64,000 nt of DNA, from assembly GCA_964555935.1 (NCBI GenBank), contig CAZKUN010000007.1, positions 22,474 to 86,473 on the forward strand, read 5' to 3'. The translations under genes and the position numbers were made by a program. The DNA is from an uncultured Armatimonadia bacterium. Its GTDB lineage: Bacteria > Armatimonadota > Zipacnadia > Zipacnadales > VGFC01. Numbering within the stretch: the stretch's first letter is position 1; each line of letters opens with the position of its first letter. This document shows, in pieces, positions 45,667 through 55,247 of this stretch. The notes beneath the pieces are model-generated. The model worked only from the letters and a program-made list of their open reading frames with translations, did no database searches and was not told the origin of the DNA.

Positions 45667-46602
45667 CTACGGAACTTGCAGCGTCCCCACTCGGCCGCCG
45701 TCCATCACGCTAACCGTGCGCGTCGCGGCGTCCCAGCCCACCTCAGCGCCCAGCGCCTCGGCCACGAACCGCATCGGCACGAAGGTCCGGCTGCCCTTGA
45801 TCTCCGGCGGAGCGTCTAGCCTGACGGTCTCGCCATCGACGTGGCCCACCGTGTTGCCGATCTCGATCTCAACCCGGTTGTCGCCGCGCGTCGCCGTGAT
45901 TCGTTTGGCGGCGGAGTTGTACTTCACATCCGCGCCCAGCCATTCGAATATCGCCCTCAGCGGCACCAGCGTCCGACCGCCCTCAATGTACGGATCCGCG
46001 TCTGATGGGATCGAATCGCCCGCGCCCGCCGTCGGCGCCGCCCATCCGGTCGCTCCCGGCAGCAGGAAACTCACCAACGCCAGCGGCCGAGCATCGCGAT
46101 CCGGGAATCGCAGCTTGAATGGGATCTTCTCATCCGTGCCGATGAGGTCGGCCAGGATGTCATGCACGTCCGGGTTCGGACAGGCGAAGTGCTGGCCATA
46201 GAACTCGTACAGCCCGTCGCCCTCGTCGGAGATGCTCGTGCCCGTCAGCGCGATCTCAAACACGGTGCCCGCCGCCACCGGCGTCTTGTCCACGATCTGT
46301 ATCAGCGCGTAAGGCGGCGCAGCCTCGACAGTCCGCTCCTCAATCCTCAACTCGTACGTGAAGCCCCACTCGTAGTTGAAACCCTCAATCTGACCCGAAA
46401 GCGGCTCCGGCGCGCCGCCCCGAGTGGCGCTCGCCAGCAGACATAGCGTCCCGTCCGAGCACTCCTGCTGATACGGCGCTACGTATATTGTCTTCTCAAC
46501 CGCCGCATCCGCCGGCCCTGCCAAGACAAGCCCGACAACGGCGAGGGCAATGGCGAATGCAGTCAGGATCATCGGCAGTCGTGACTTCGCATCGTTGGTC
46601 AT
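45667..46602 (-). CDS. secreted protein with C-terminal copper-amine-oxidase N-terminal-like (stalk) domain
   Basis: Signal peptide. C-terminal LVPLRAIFEWLGADVKY...FVPMRFVAEALGAEVGWD pattern of Cu_amine_oxidN1-type domain. Confidence 0.6.
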   Translation of the reverse strand: MTNDAKSRLPMILTAFAIALAVVGLVLAGPADAAVEKTIYVAPYQQECSDGTLCLLASATRGGAPEPLSGQIEGFNYEWGFTYELRIEERTVEAAPPYALIQIVDKTPVAAGTVFEIALTGTSISDEGDGLYEFYGQHFACPNPDVHDILADLIGTDEKIPFKLRFPDRDARPLALVSFLLPGATGWAAPTAGAGDSIPSDADPYIEGGRTLVPLRAIFEWLGADVKYNSAAKRITATRGDNRVEIEIGNTVGHVDGETVRLDAPPEIKGSRTFVPMRFVAEALGAEVGWDAATRTVSVMDGGRVGTLQVP

Positions 46603-46692
46603 CAGAAATACCTCTGCTGGCGTGCGACACAGTCTGGTGGCTCTGGTTCTCAGAACACCATTCCCGCCCGTGTCGTCACGCCGATCGAAGAA

Positions 46693-49600
46693 TCACTCTA
46701 TCTCAAAGGGGACGTGTGTCGTGGCGCTCCAGTTCCCTGCGTTGTCGCGCGCCCGGATGTGGAAGCAGTAATGCCCGGGCTCAAGGCCCGTGAATTCCGT
46801 CGACGTATCGGTGCCGGTAATCGTCTCCGGCGGCACTGTCGCGTTGTCTGAATCTAGCGCCCAACTATAGCCGCTCACGCCGCTCGCGTCCGACGGCGCG
46901 GACCATCTGAGGCCGGCGCTTTCGGCCGTGCGCGAGTACATCGCGTAGTCGTCGATGATGACCGCCCCATCGGCATTCGGCACCCTCAGGTTCAGGAACA
47001 GCCGGTGCGGATCCTGGTTCGCGCCGACGGCCTTCGCGAGGTCCACCGTTGCTGTCTGCCACTCATCGCTGACGCTGAGGCTCCCCAGTTGCGCCCACGC
47101 CTCGCTCGAGCCGTTGAACGCCGTCGCCATCAGCGCCATCGACCCGCCGCGCGCATTCTCCCCCCGGTACCTGAATCGCAGCATCGGGAAGCGTCTCCAC
47201 TCCTCGCCGAAGTCCTCCAGCATCCCGTAGACAGAGCCACTTCGGTCGCGCAGATCAGTCAGCTCGATGCACCCGGGGCCCGTCGCGCCGCCTGAGTCGA
47301 GGCGTCTCACCTGACAGCTCAGAAAGTTGCCCCACTCGCCGACATTGTCCTCAAACCCGTTCGCGGCCATCACCTCGACGGGCACGTAACTCACCACCGG
47401 AGCCGGCGGGGGCTCCGTGTCGGCCGCGTGGTCGACGGTCCAACTCCATTCCAGCGGCGCCATCTCGTTGCCAGCCAAGTCCCCCGCCGCGAGCGTGCAA
47501 GCAACGGTCGCGCCGTCACTCGCGATCGGCCCTGGCGACGTGAACGAAACCTGCCCAGACGCCGCGTCGTGCGTCAGCTCGCGATCCACGATGGAGTAGA
47601 CCGCCTCGCCCACCGTCAGCCGAATGTCGGCCGGGCTGATGCCTGACCCCTCATCAGTCAGCGTCGCCGAGATCACTCTCGTGCACGCCGCCTCGCTGGG
47701 CGCCGGGCTGACGTTCTGAGCCGTCGGCGGCGCTTCATCGGTCGGCACCTCGGTCGCCGGCACGAGGTCCACGTTGTCGAGCCAATAGCACGTGCCGCGC
47801 CGGTTGCCGGGCCAGCCGGTGCTCGCGAACGCGATCCGCGTCACCGGGAGCGATGCCTGTCCCGGGAATGCCTTCTTCAGCAAGCCCAGCAGATCCACCG
47901 TCGCCGAGTGCCACGCGTCATCCGCCGTCGCCTCGATGTCGCCGATCACGGGCCAAGTGGTGTCGCTGTCAGTGAATCGGATCTGCCGTTTCGATCCATC
48001 GACCTCGACAACGATGTCCACCCGGGCCTCGTCGTCGATGCGGTAATCGAACCGTAGCGTCGGGTAGCGCGTCGCCTCGAATGGCACCCCGGTGAGCTCC
48101 GCGCCGAAAGGTCCGCCAATCTTCGCGTTCTGCACTTCCTCGCACCAGTCGCCGTCGCGCGCCTCGCGAGCAATCCTGATCTCAGCTCCTGAATCCACGC
48201 CCCAGGGCTTCAGCGCCATGTCTTGGGGCGCGTTGTCGGGGGGGGGCGCTGTGGGCCCCGTCCTGAATGCCAGATTGCGGAGTTGGTACGTCGCTCCGGC
48301 CCAGTTGCCGCCGATCCCGGCGTGTAGGTACCCTTCGCGCGAGCGGCTCCCGAAGCGCAGCGCCTCCAGCACGGGCGCGTCGGAGTAGGGGAGGAGCATC
48401 CCGCCGAGATCTACTGTCGCGCGGTGCCACTTCCCATCCGGCTTCGCCTCGATGTCGCCCACTGTCTCGATGCCGCGGATCATTTCCACCGGCCCGGTCA
48501 TGCGCGCGCGGAACGTCCGCCCGTCGACGATGGGAAACGCGTCGATCTTCACGCCTTCGGGGATCGCGTATTCGAATTCGAGGATTGGGGTCGTGGCGAG
48601 GTCGATGTCGCCCGTCGGCGCCTCAACCGCAAACGTCCCTCCCGCCGCCACGTTGGTGATCGTGACGCCCTGTCCGCCGCTCGCCACGCGCGACCCTGAG
48701 CTGATCGATCGCCATCCGGCTTCTGATGCCGAGCCCACTTCCGCGCCCCGGCCATGCTCAGGAGCTTTCGGGCGCTCATAGTACACGCGCGCTCGCGCGA
48801 TTGTCAGTCCGTTCTCCACCGTCCATATCCCAACCGCGCCGCCTGGGAGTGGGGCTGCGTCCTCGTATTCGGCCACCAGCTTCCCGTCGACAAACAGGCG
48901 CGCCGCGTTGCCCGCGCGCTCGGCGCGAACATGCCACCACTCCTTATGGAGCTGGCTTGCCTCCGGCCCGCTGATGACTTGGCTCCCAAGCCCGTCGAGG
49001 ATGTCGGGCAACGTCAGATCAGGCGTCTGGGTGACCACCTCGCCCTGTCGGAATATGCCGCTCGCCCGGTTCTTCCAGCCACCGAGCACGAAGCTGTAGC
49101 CCGTGCCGGGCGTCTCGTTCTGCGCGCAGAGCGTCACGAAGATGTTGCTCGGACCCTGATAGAACGGCGCCCACGGCTGGTCCATCGGGATACCGGCAAA
49201 GAACTCCACCACAACATCGCCCTCGAACTCGTCTCGCGTCCAGATCGCCGCCATCTCGGGGTCGCGGCCGTTGAACCACGCCCACCGTGGCGTGCATGCC
49301 CATCGGCTGCGCACGCGCCAGTCGCCCTGCCCAATGCTCCACTCCGTCGGCGCCGAGCGGAATGCCGAGTCGATCACGTTCGCCGATGCGATCGACAGCG
49401 CTCGTGTTTGAGATGCCGGGCCGGAGAAGCCCACCTTGCCGCCACCTAGCGGCGCGTCGTCCTCGAAGCCCAACACGGTCGCCCCGTCCGCCACCGCCTC
49501 CACGGTCGCGCCGCGCCGGCGCAATCGCAGGTCTGAGGTCCTGGCAACCGAGCCTGTCGCCTTCACCTCGGCGCCTCTGGAGAGTTCCAGCGCGAGCGCA

Positions 49601-50889
49601 TCGCCCTCGCCTGGACTCATCGCCAGCCGGTATCCTGCCTGCGCGTCTGGCGGCGGCTGCGATGTCTGCCCGTCGCTCGGCACGCAGATGTGCAGCGTGG
49701 AGGGCTGCGCGAGGGCCTTTTCGTCAGCGTCCCATATCAACTCAACGTCGCCCCAGAAGTAGCCGGCGTGCCAGGCCGAATCTCCAGCGCGCTTCCACTG
49801 GCTGTTCTCATCAGACCACTCCTGCATGTAGTGGTCGTTGAGAAACGAACTCGTCGCCGCGTCGTCCGCCCGCGCGAGCACGGTACGCGGCGTCTGCTTC
49901 GCCCCGGGGTAGATCGCCACGTCATCGAACGCAACCGGCGTCGCGCCGGTGACGGTCAGCAGCGCCTTGCCATGGGCGAGTCCCGGCGCGTCGGCGGCGA
50001 TCACCTCCACGCCGTCGATCGTGCCCGTCACTCGCCCCTCCACAGCCGAGATCGACATGCGGTGCCACTCGTCGGCGTCCATCCGCCATTCCGACTTGGC
50101 AAGTGCCTTGTCTTTCCCCCCGGTTCGCGCGACGATCTCAACGCGCCCGTTAGGACGCTCGGCGTACGTGAATCGCAGCGCGTGGTAGTTCGCGTTATCG
50201 TGCAGCCCCAGTCCCACCCCAAACGCCGTCGCTTCCGCGTCCGGCCGGACTGACGCCTCGACGGTGTGGTCCTCCCAGAACCAATCGCCCGCCGACGCCA
50301 CGGCGTCCGTCTTCTCCGCGCCAGACCCCGCGAACTGAAACGCGTTTGCGCTGAATGCCGCCACGCCGGTCGCCGACAGAGCCCACTCGCCCGCTTCCGC
50401 CGCCCACGGGTTCTCCTCGTCGTCGCCGCGCATGAAGTCATCAGCGAACACGGCCTCGCCGACGGGCTGGCACCAGATCGCCTCCAGGTCCTCCGGTTGC
50501 CCGTCGACCACGCCCCACGTCCCCCCAACGGGCACGTCGCACTTGCCGCGAGCGATCGTCGTCGCGCCATACGCCACCGACACGCGCCCGTCCCGCACCT
50601 TCAGCACGATGTCGCCCGACGCAACCGGCTTGCGCGACTTGCCCCGCGCCACAACGGCGTCGGCGCCGTCGCGTCGGATGGTCACGGTGCATGAGGTCGG
50701 CTTCAGCTCAAATCCGAGGGAGTTGCTCTCGTCGAGGCGTGACGCGAGGATCGTCAGCCCGGCTCGCTCGTTGACGAGATCTGCCGGGACTACGAGGTTG
50801 TAAGGAGCCTCACACGCGTCGCCCGACAGCGCCGGCGTGGGCGATGCAGCATGAGCGGGCATCAGCAACAGCAGCACGGCGAGAAGCAT
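46693..50889 (-). CDS. giant secreted surface protein (about 1398 aa) with ConA/LamG-like regions and C-terminal fibronectin type III domain
   Basis: Signal peptide MLLAVLLLLMPAHAAS. C-terminal Fn3-like (GYSWALD...LEPGHYCFHIRARDNAGNWS). Long beta-rich body. Confidence 0.7.
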   Translation of the reverse strand: MLLAVLLLLMPAHAASPTPALSGDACEAPYNLVVPADLVNERAGLTILASRLDESNSLGFELKPTSCTVTIRRDGADAVVARGKSRKPVASGDIVLKVRDGRVSVAYGATTIARGKCDVPVGGTWGVVDGQPEDLEAIWCQPVGEAVFADDFMRGDDEENPWAAEAGEWALSATGVAAFSANAFQFAGSGAEKTDAVASAGDWFWEDHTVEASVRPDAEATAFGVGLGLHDNANYHALRFTYAERPNGRVEIVARTGGKDKALAKSEWRMDADEWHRMSISAVEGRVTGTIDGVEVIAADAPGLAHGKALLTVTGATPVAFDDVAIYPGAKQTPRTVLARADDAATSSFLNDHYMQEWSDENSQWKRAGDSAWHAGYFWGDVELIWDADEKALAQPSTLHICVPSDGQTSQPPPDAQAGYRLAMSPGEGDALALELSRGAEVKATGSVARTSDLRLRRRGATVEAVADGATVLGFEDDAPLGGGKVGFSGPASQTRALSIASANVIDSAFRSAPTEWSIGQGDWRVRSRWACTPRWAWFNGRDPEMAAIWTRDEFEGDVVVEFFAGIPMDQPWAPFYQGPSNIFVTLCAQNETPGTGYSFVLGGWKNRASGIFRQGEVVTQTPDLTLPDILDGLGSQVISGPEASQLHKEWWHVRAERAGNAARLFVDGKLVAEYEDAAPLPGGAVGIWTVENGLTIARARVYYERPKAPEHGRGAEVGSASEAGWRSISSGSRVASGGQGVTITNVAAGGTFAVEAPTGDIDLATTPILEFEYAIPEGVKIDAFPIVDGRTFRARMTGPVEMIRGIETVGDIEAKPDGKWHRATVDLGGMLLPYSDAPVLEALRFGSRSREGYLHAGIGGNWAGATYQLRNLAFRTGPTAPPPDNAPQDMALKPWGVDSGAEIRIAREARDGDWCEEVQNAKIGGPFGAELTGVPFEATRYPTLRFDYRIDDEARVDIVVEVDGSKRQIRFTDSDTTWPVIGDIEATADDAWHSATVDLLGLLKKAFPGQASLPVTRIAFASTGWPGNRRGTCYWLDNVDLVPATEVPTDEAPPTAQNVSPAPSEAACTRVISATLTDEGSGISPADIRLTVGEAVYSIVDRELTHDAASGQVSFTSPGPIASDGATVACTLAAGDLAGNEMAPLEWSWTVDHAADTEPPPAPVVSYVPVEVMAANGFEDNVGEWGNFLSCQVRRLDSGGATGPGCIELTDLRDRSGSVYGMLEDFGEEWRRFPMLRFRYRGENARGGSMALMATAFNGSSEAWAQLGSLSVSDEWQTATVDLAKAVGANQDPHRLFLNLRVPNADGAVIIDDYAMYSRTAESAGLRWSAPSDASGVSGYSWALDSDNATVPPETITGTDTSTEFTGLEPGHYCFHIRARDNAGNWSATTHVPFEIE

Positions 50890-50988
50890 TGGCGTGAGTG
50901 ATCTCCGGGCGCGGCGTGCTTGTTCTCAACAAACTGGTCCCCGGAGAGTTCGTTCGCGGTCGTCTCGGACCTTGTTTGTCGTCGCCTC

Positions 50989-52485
50989 CTACACGCTCAT
51001 CCACGCTGGATCGCACACGCGCGCGACCTCGATCGGTGAGGTGATGCCCTCCAACGCCTTGCGGATCCCATCCGCGAAGAGCGTCGTCATGCCGCCCGCC
51101 ACGCCCGCCGCGTGGACGGCCTCGAGGTCGGCCCCCTGGGCGATCAGGCTGGCTACCTCCGGCTCCACGGCCAGCACCTCGAACAGCGCCGTCTGGCGCC
51201 AGAACCCCACCCCTCGGCAGCGCTCGCAACCCGCGCCCTGGACAAACGTCGCGTCTGCCTGCCATTCGAGGCCTCCCGCCTCGGCTCGACGTCTCCACGC
51301 CGACACGGTCTCGTCGTCCACGGGCAGCTTCTCGCGGCAGTGCTCGCAGACTTTCCGCACCAGTCGCTGGTTGACCGATGCGATGAGGCTGTGGCCGAAG
51401 AGAAACGGCTCGATGCCGGCGTCGAGCACCCGCTGGATGTTGCCGAGCGCATCATTGGCGTGAAGCTGGACCAGCACGAGGTGACCGGTCAGCCCGGCCT
51501 CGACCGCCAAGTTCGCAGACTCGCGATCGGGGACATCGCCTATGGCGATGATGTCGGGATCGGCCCGCATGACGCTTTGGAGCGCGTTCGCAACCGAGAG
51601 CCCAGCGCGCGGGTTCGTCTGGACCTGAACGGCGCCCGGCAGAAGGTGATAGACGGTGCTCTCGACCGTTATCACCGCGTTCTCGTCGGACTGGGCGTGC
51701 ATGACCGCGGAGTAGAGCACGGTGGTCTTCCCCGAACCGGTGGGGCCGCCGAAGATGATGATCCCCGTCGGTTGGACCAAGGCCCGCTCGAGCCGCTCGC
51801 GGTCGGGATCGGACATGCCGAGATCGCCGAGGGAGAGATCGAGAAGACTCTCCGAGACGATCCTCAACGATAGCTTCTCGCCGAGCGGAGTGGGCAGCGA
51901 CTGGACGATGGCACTGAGTGCGTGACCGCCGTGGAGCGTCTCCTGGATGCGGCCCATCTGAGCGCTGGCCCGATCGGCAATGTCCATGCCGGCGAGGAGC
52001 TTCAGACGCCCGACCAACGCGGCGAACACATCGCGCGGGAGATCGGTCACGGTTCGGAGCACGCCGTCGATCCGCAAGCGCAGCCGCCCGCCAGAGCGCG
52101 ATGGGTCGAGATGAACGTCGCTGGAGGGGGGCATCACGGCGGCCAGCAACACCCTATGGGCGAGGGAGGCGACGCCGTCGCGGGCGTCGTCAGGGCTGGC
52201 GCCGAGCGGCAACTCCCCGCCCGCCGCTCCCTCGGGCGCCCATCCCATGACGGCCTCGACGGCGGCCTCGACCGCCTCTTCGTCCGCCGGAGAGCCAGCC
52301 GGATCGGGGCTCTCTAGGAATCGCTCAAGGTCGGCCCGGTACATCCGCCACTGCCGGCCCGCCTTGAACGCTTTGATTCTCCCCTGCGCGATCCATCGGT
52401 AGAGCGTCGTCCGCGTCGTGTTGAGGAAGTCCTGCGCTTGCCTGAAGTCCAGCACATCTCCGCCAGCCTCCATGTCCCGGTCCAT
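50989..52485 (-). CDS. GspE/PilB-family secretion ATPase with N-terminal excisionase/MerR-type HTH DNA-binding domain
   Basis: N-terminus LNTTRTTLYRWIAQGRIKAFKAGRQWRMYRADLERFL (HTH_17-like). GspE N2 region follows. Walker A GGPTGSGKTT, Asp/His boxes, tetracysteine CEHC...CERC. GGAGG RBS. Confidence 0.85.
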   Translation of the reverse strand: MDRDMEAGGDVLDFRQAQDFLNTTRTTLYRWIAQGRIKAFKAGRQWRMYRADLERFLESPDPAGSPADEEAVEAAVEAVMGWAPEGAAGGELPLGASPDDARDGVASLAHRVLLAAVMPPSSDVHLDPSRSGGRLRLRIDGVLRTVTDLPRDVFAALVGRLKLLAGMDIADRASAQMGRIQETLHGGHALSAIVQSLPTPLGEKLSLRIVSESLLDLSLGDLGMSDPDRERLERALVQPTGIIIFGGPTGSGKTTVLYSAVMHAQSDENAVITVESTVYHLLPGAVQVQTNPRAGLSVANALQSVMRADPDIIAIGDVPDRESANLAVEAGLTGHLVLVQLHANDALGNIQRVLDAGIEPFLFGHSLIASVNQRLVRKVCEHCREKLPVDDETVSAWRRRAEAGGLEWQADATFVQGAGCERCRGVGFWRQTALFEVLAVEPEVASLIAQGADLEAVHAAGVAGGMTTLFADGIRKALEGITSPIEVARVCDPAWMSV

Positions 52486-52495
52486 TGCCCGGCCT

Positions 52496-52560
52496 CCGTA
52501 CTATCCATAGATATCTATAAGATACTAATAACCTTTATGGGTATAAACGTCAACCCCTTT
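52496..52560. promoter_or_regulatory. AT-rich island with 12-bp perfect palindrome ATAGATATCTAT (52507..52518) flanked by CCATA/TATGG inverted repeats
   Basis: Seen directly. The only markedly AT-rich stretch in the window. 22-65 nt upstream of the HTH-GspE start, in a divergent intergenic region. Confidence 0.5.
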
Positions 52561-52609
52561 CCCACACAGGACAACAGAACGTCCACTGGGAACTCCACCA
52601 CACGCTCAC

Positions 52610-53284
52610 ATGAAGCACCCCAACTCACTCCCACCACCCCCCATGACCGACCACCTCATCGACGCCGATGAGCGACTTCGGCTGCACTGGGCGGTGGTGC
52701 CCGGCGGGTTGGTGGTTTTCGGGTTGCTGGCAGTGGCGCAACACGGGCTGAGCACATTGCTCGGAGGCGGGCCGCCGCGTTACCCGACGGCGGCGATAGC
52801 GCCGGCGATCTTCATGGTCGGAGGGGCGTATCTCGCGGATCAGTTTCTGCCCGCAACGGGGCTGATCGGGAGGTGGGGAGCGGGGATGGGCTCGGGTGCG
52901 CTGCTCTCGTTCGGGGGAGTATCGCTGCTGCCAGCCATCTGCTGCTCGGCCAACGGCAACACCGGCTGGGTTCCGCTCCTGGTGCTGTCGCTCCTGCTGG
53001 GCGCGATGGGAACGATCGCGGGTGGGCTGATGGCCGTCGCGGCCCGAGCGGAGCGGGGGCGTCTGCCGCGGATGATGCTCGCGCCGGCGCTGGCGGTCGT
53101 GCCGTTCATGGTCTTCACGCCCTGGCTCTACATGCTGACGCAGGGAGGGAACACGCCGCTGACGGCGTGGTTCGTGGCGAACTACCAAGCGCTTTGGGTG
53201 GCAACCGGCGCGGGGGTGGTCTGGTCGGCGGCGGTCGGTCTGGTCGCGTCCTTCGGCCTCTGGATGACGGAGCGCCCTCGCTGA
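52610..53284 (+). CDS. hypothetical integral membrane protein
   Basis: Five to six hydrophobic helices, Gly/Ala-rich. Antisense ORF is Arg-rich. Confidence 0.5.
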   Translation: MKHPNSLPPPPMTDHLIDADERLRLHWAVVPGGLVVFGLLAVAQHGLSTLLGGGPPRYPTAAIAPAIFMVGGAYLADQFLPATGLIGRWGAGMGSGALLSFGGVSLLPAICCSANGNTGWVPLLVLSLLLGAMGTIAGGLMAVAARAERGRLPRMMLAPALAVVPFMVFTPWLYMLTQGGNTPLTAWFVANYQALWVATGAGVVWSAAVGLVASFGLWMTERPR

Positions 53285-53354
53285 ATCGAAAGCGGCGAGG
53301 CCAATCGGCCTCGCCGCTTTCGCACTGTAGGAGGGGTTTCAACCCCGACCGCCG

Positions 53355-53984
53355 TTACTCGCCTTGCGCGACCGCCCAGAGGCACCCGCGCTTCAGCATG
53401 AGCTGGAATGTCTCGTTCTTGCACGCCTCGGGGTCATGCCCGAGCGCGATATACACGACCGTGCCCTCGCCCCACGTCTTCGTCCACGCCACCGGCATCT
53501 TGTCGCCCTGCCAGAGCGCCGACGCGAGGATGTCCACGCGCGGATCGTAATCGGTGATGTACTGCTCGTCCTTCACGCAGAACTCGCTAAGACCCTCGGT
53601 GATCGGGTGCTCCGGATCGACCACGCTGACCTGGTAATCGCGATACGCCGGGTGCGTGATGAACCATCCGCCGACCATCGCCCGATACTCCGGGCAACCG
53701 CGGAAGCTGTCTCCCGCCGAGTGGATCCCAAGGTACGCCTTCCCGGACGCGACCCAGTTCAGCAGGCCATTCTTCTGCGCGTCGGATATTTCGCCGACCG
53801 TGTAGTAGAACACGATCAGGTCGTACTCATCCAAGCCCGGCGCCTCCAGCACCGACAGGTCCTCGTCGACGCGCGTGACGTCCAGCTCCTCCATCCCTCG
53901 CAGCACCGGCTCGACAACATCCGCGCAGCCTATCGCATCGTGGATCTCTCCACCGGCAAATAACAGCGTCTTGATCTTAGACAC
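53355..53984 (-). CDS. ThuA family protein (class I glutamine amidotransferase-like)
   Basis: About 210 aa. KTLLFAGG N-terminus and conserved GIHSA and GHD blocks typical of ThuA. Confidence 0.75.
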   Translation of the reverse strand: MSKIKTLLFAGGEIHDAIGCADVVEPVLRGMEELDVTRVDEDLSVLEAPGLDEYDLIVFYYTVGEISDAQKNGLLNWVASGKAYLGIHSAGDSFRGCPEYRAMVGGWFITHPAYRDYQVSVVDPEHPITEGLSEFCVKDEQYITDYDPRVDILASALWQGDKMPVAWTKTWGEGTVVYIALGHDPEACKNETFQLMLKRGCLWAVAQGE

Positions 53985-54152
53985 GGTGTATCTTCCTTTC
54001 TTCCCTCACCCAGGAAACTCGTAGAGTTGCCAGGGCGAGGGTTCCGTATCTTGCAGGGCTTGCCCTTCACCGTGAGGAACGAGCAGAACCACATCACGAG
54101 CACCAAACGCGGCGGCTTTACGTCGCTGTGCGAGTTGACAAGGAGACCCTCG

Positions 54153-55232
54153 ATGGCTGACAAGCTGCGCTGCGGAATCATCGGCACGGGCATGATCGGC
54201 AAGACCCATGTCAACCGCTACAACGACATCGCCGAGGCTGAGATCGTCGCGGTCTGCGACCTCAGGGAAGACGAGGCCCAGCGAGTCGCCGCCGCGAATG
54301 GCATCCCCGCCGTCTACGTCGACTACAAGGAGATGCTGAAGATCGAGGAGATCGACATCATCGATGTCTGCCTCCCGAACGAACTCCACTGCCCCGTCAC
54401 CTGCGATGCGCTCAAGGCCGGCAAGCACGTCTACTGCGAGAAGCCCATGGCCAACAGCGCGGCCGAGGCCCGAAAAATGCTCAAGACCGCCGAAGAGACC
54501 GGCAATACGCTCATGATCCAGCTCGGCACTCTCTTCGGCAACGATGCCCACGCCGCCAAGCGCGTGATAGACGCCGGAATGCTCGGCAAGATCTACTACG
54601 CCAAGTCCAGCTACTACCGTCGCCGCGGCCGGTGCTACGTTGATGGCTACGCGACCCCCGCCTTCGTGCAGAAGGAGGTCGCCGGTGGCGGCGCGCTCGC
54701 CGACATGGGCGTCTACCACCTCGGGCTGATGGTCTGGTTGCTTGGAAACCCGGAAGTGAAGACGGTCTCCGCCAGCACCTTCCAGGAAATCCCGATGGAC
54801 AAGAAGCGCGCCAAGGAGTCCGGCTACAGCGTCGAAGAGTTCGCCACGGGCTTCATCCGCTTCGAGGGCGACATCACCATGTTCTTCGAGGAAGCGTGGG
54901 CCACGCACATGGAGGGCGAGGGCACAGGTTTCCGCGTCTTCGGCTCCGAGGGCGGCGTGCGGGTCGATCCCTTCGCCTTCTACACCGACATCGGCGGCAT
55001 GCAGGCGGACGTCAACTTCAACGTCGGCATGTACGAGGGCCGCGAGGGTCTGATTCAGGGCGATGAGCACAAGGCCATGCGCAACCAGCAGATGAACCTC
55101 GTCTGGCACCTGCTTGGCCGCGTGCCGCTGATCGACACCGCGCCGATCGCCTGCAAAGTCGCCGAGATCACCGAAGCCATGTACAAGTCATCCGACGCCG
55201 ACCGCGAGGTCAGAGTCCCGAAACGGAAGTAG
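54153..55232 (+). CDS. Gfo/Idh/MocA family oxidoreductase (paralog 2)
   Basis: GIIGTGMIGKTH Rossmann motif and EKP motif. aggag RBS 8 nt upstream of ATG 54153. ORF-track upstream extension discarded. Confidence 0.8.
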   Translation: MADKLRCGIIGTGMIGKTHVNRYNDIAEAEIVAVCDLREDEAQRVAAANGIPAVYVDYKEMLKIEEIDIIDVCLPNELHCPVTCDALKAGKHVYCEKPMANSAAEARKMLKTAEETGNTLMIQLGTLFGNDAHAAKRVIDAGMLGKIYYAKSSYYRRRGRCYVDGYATPAFVQKEVAGGGALADMGVYHLGLMVWLLGNPEVKTVSASTFQEIPMDKKRAKESGYSVEEFATGFIRFEGDITMFFEEAWATHMEGEGTGFRVFGSEGGVRVDPFAFYTDIGGMQADVNFNVGMYEGREGLIQGDEHKAMRNQQMNLVWHLLGRVPLIDTAPIACKVAEITEAMYKSSDADREVRVPKRK

Positions 55233-55247
55233 GCAAGAGCCAACCAC

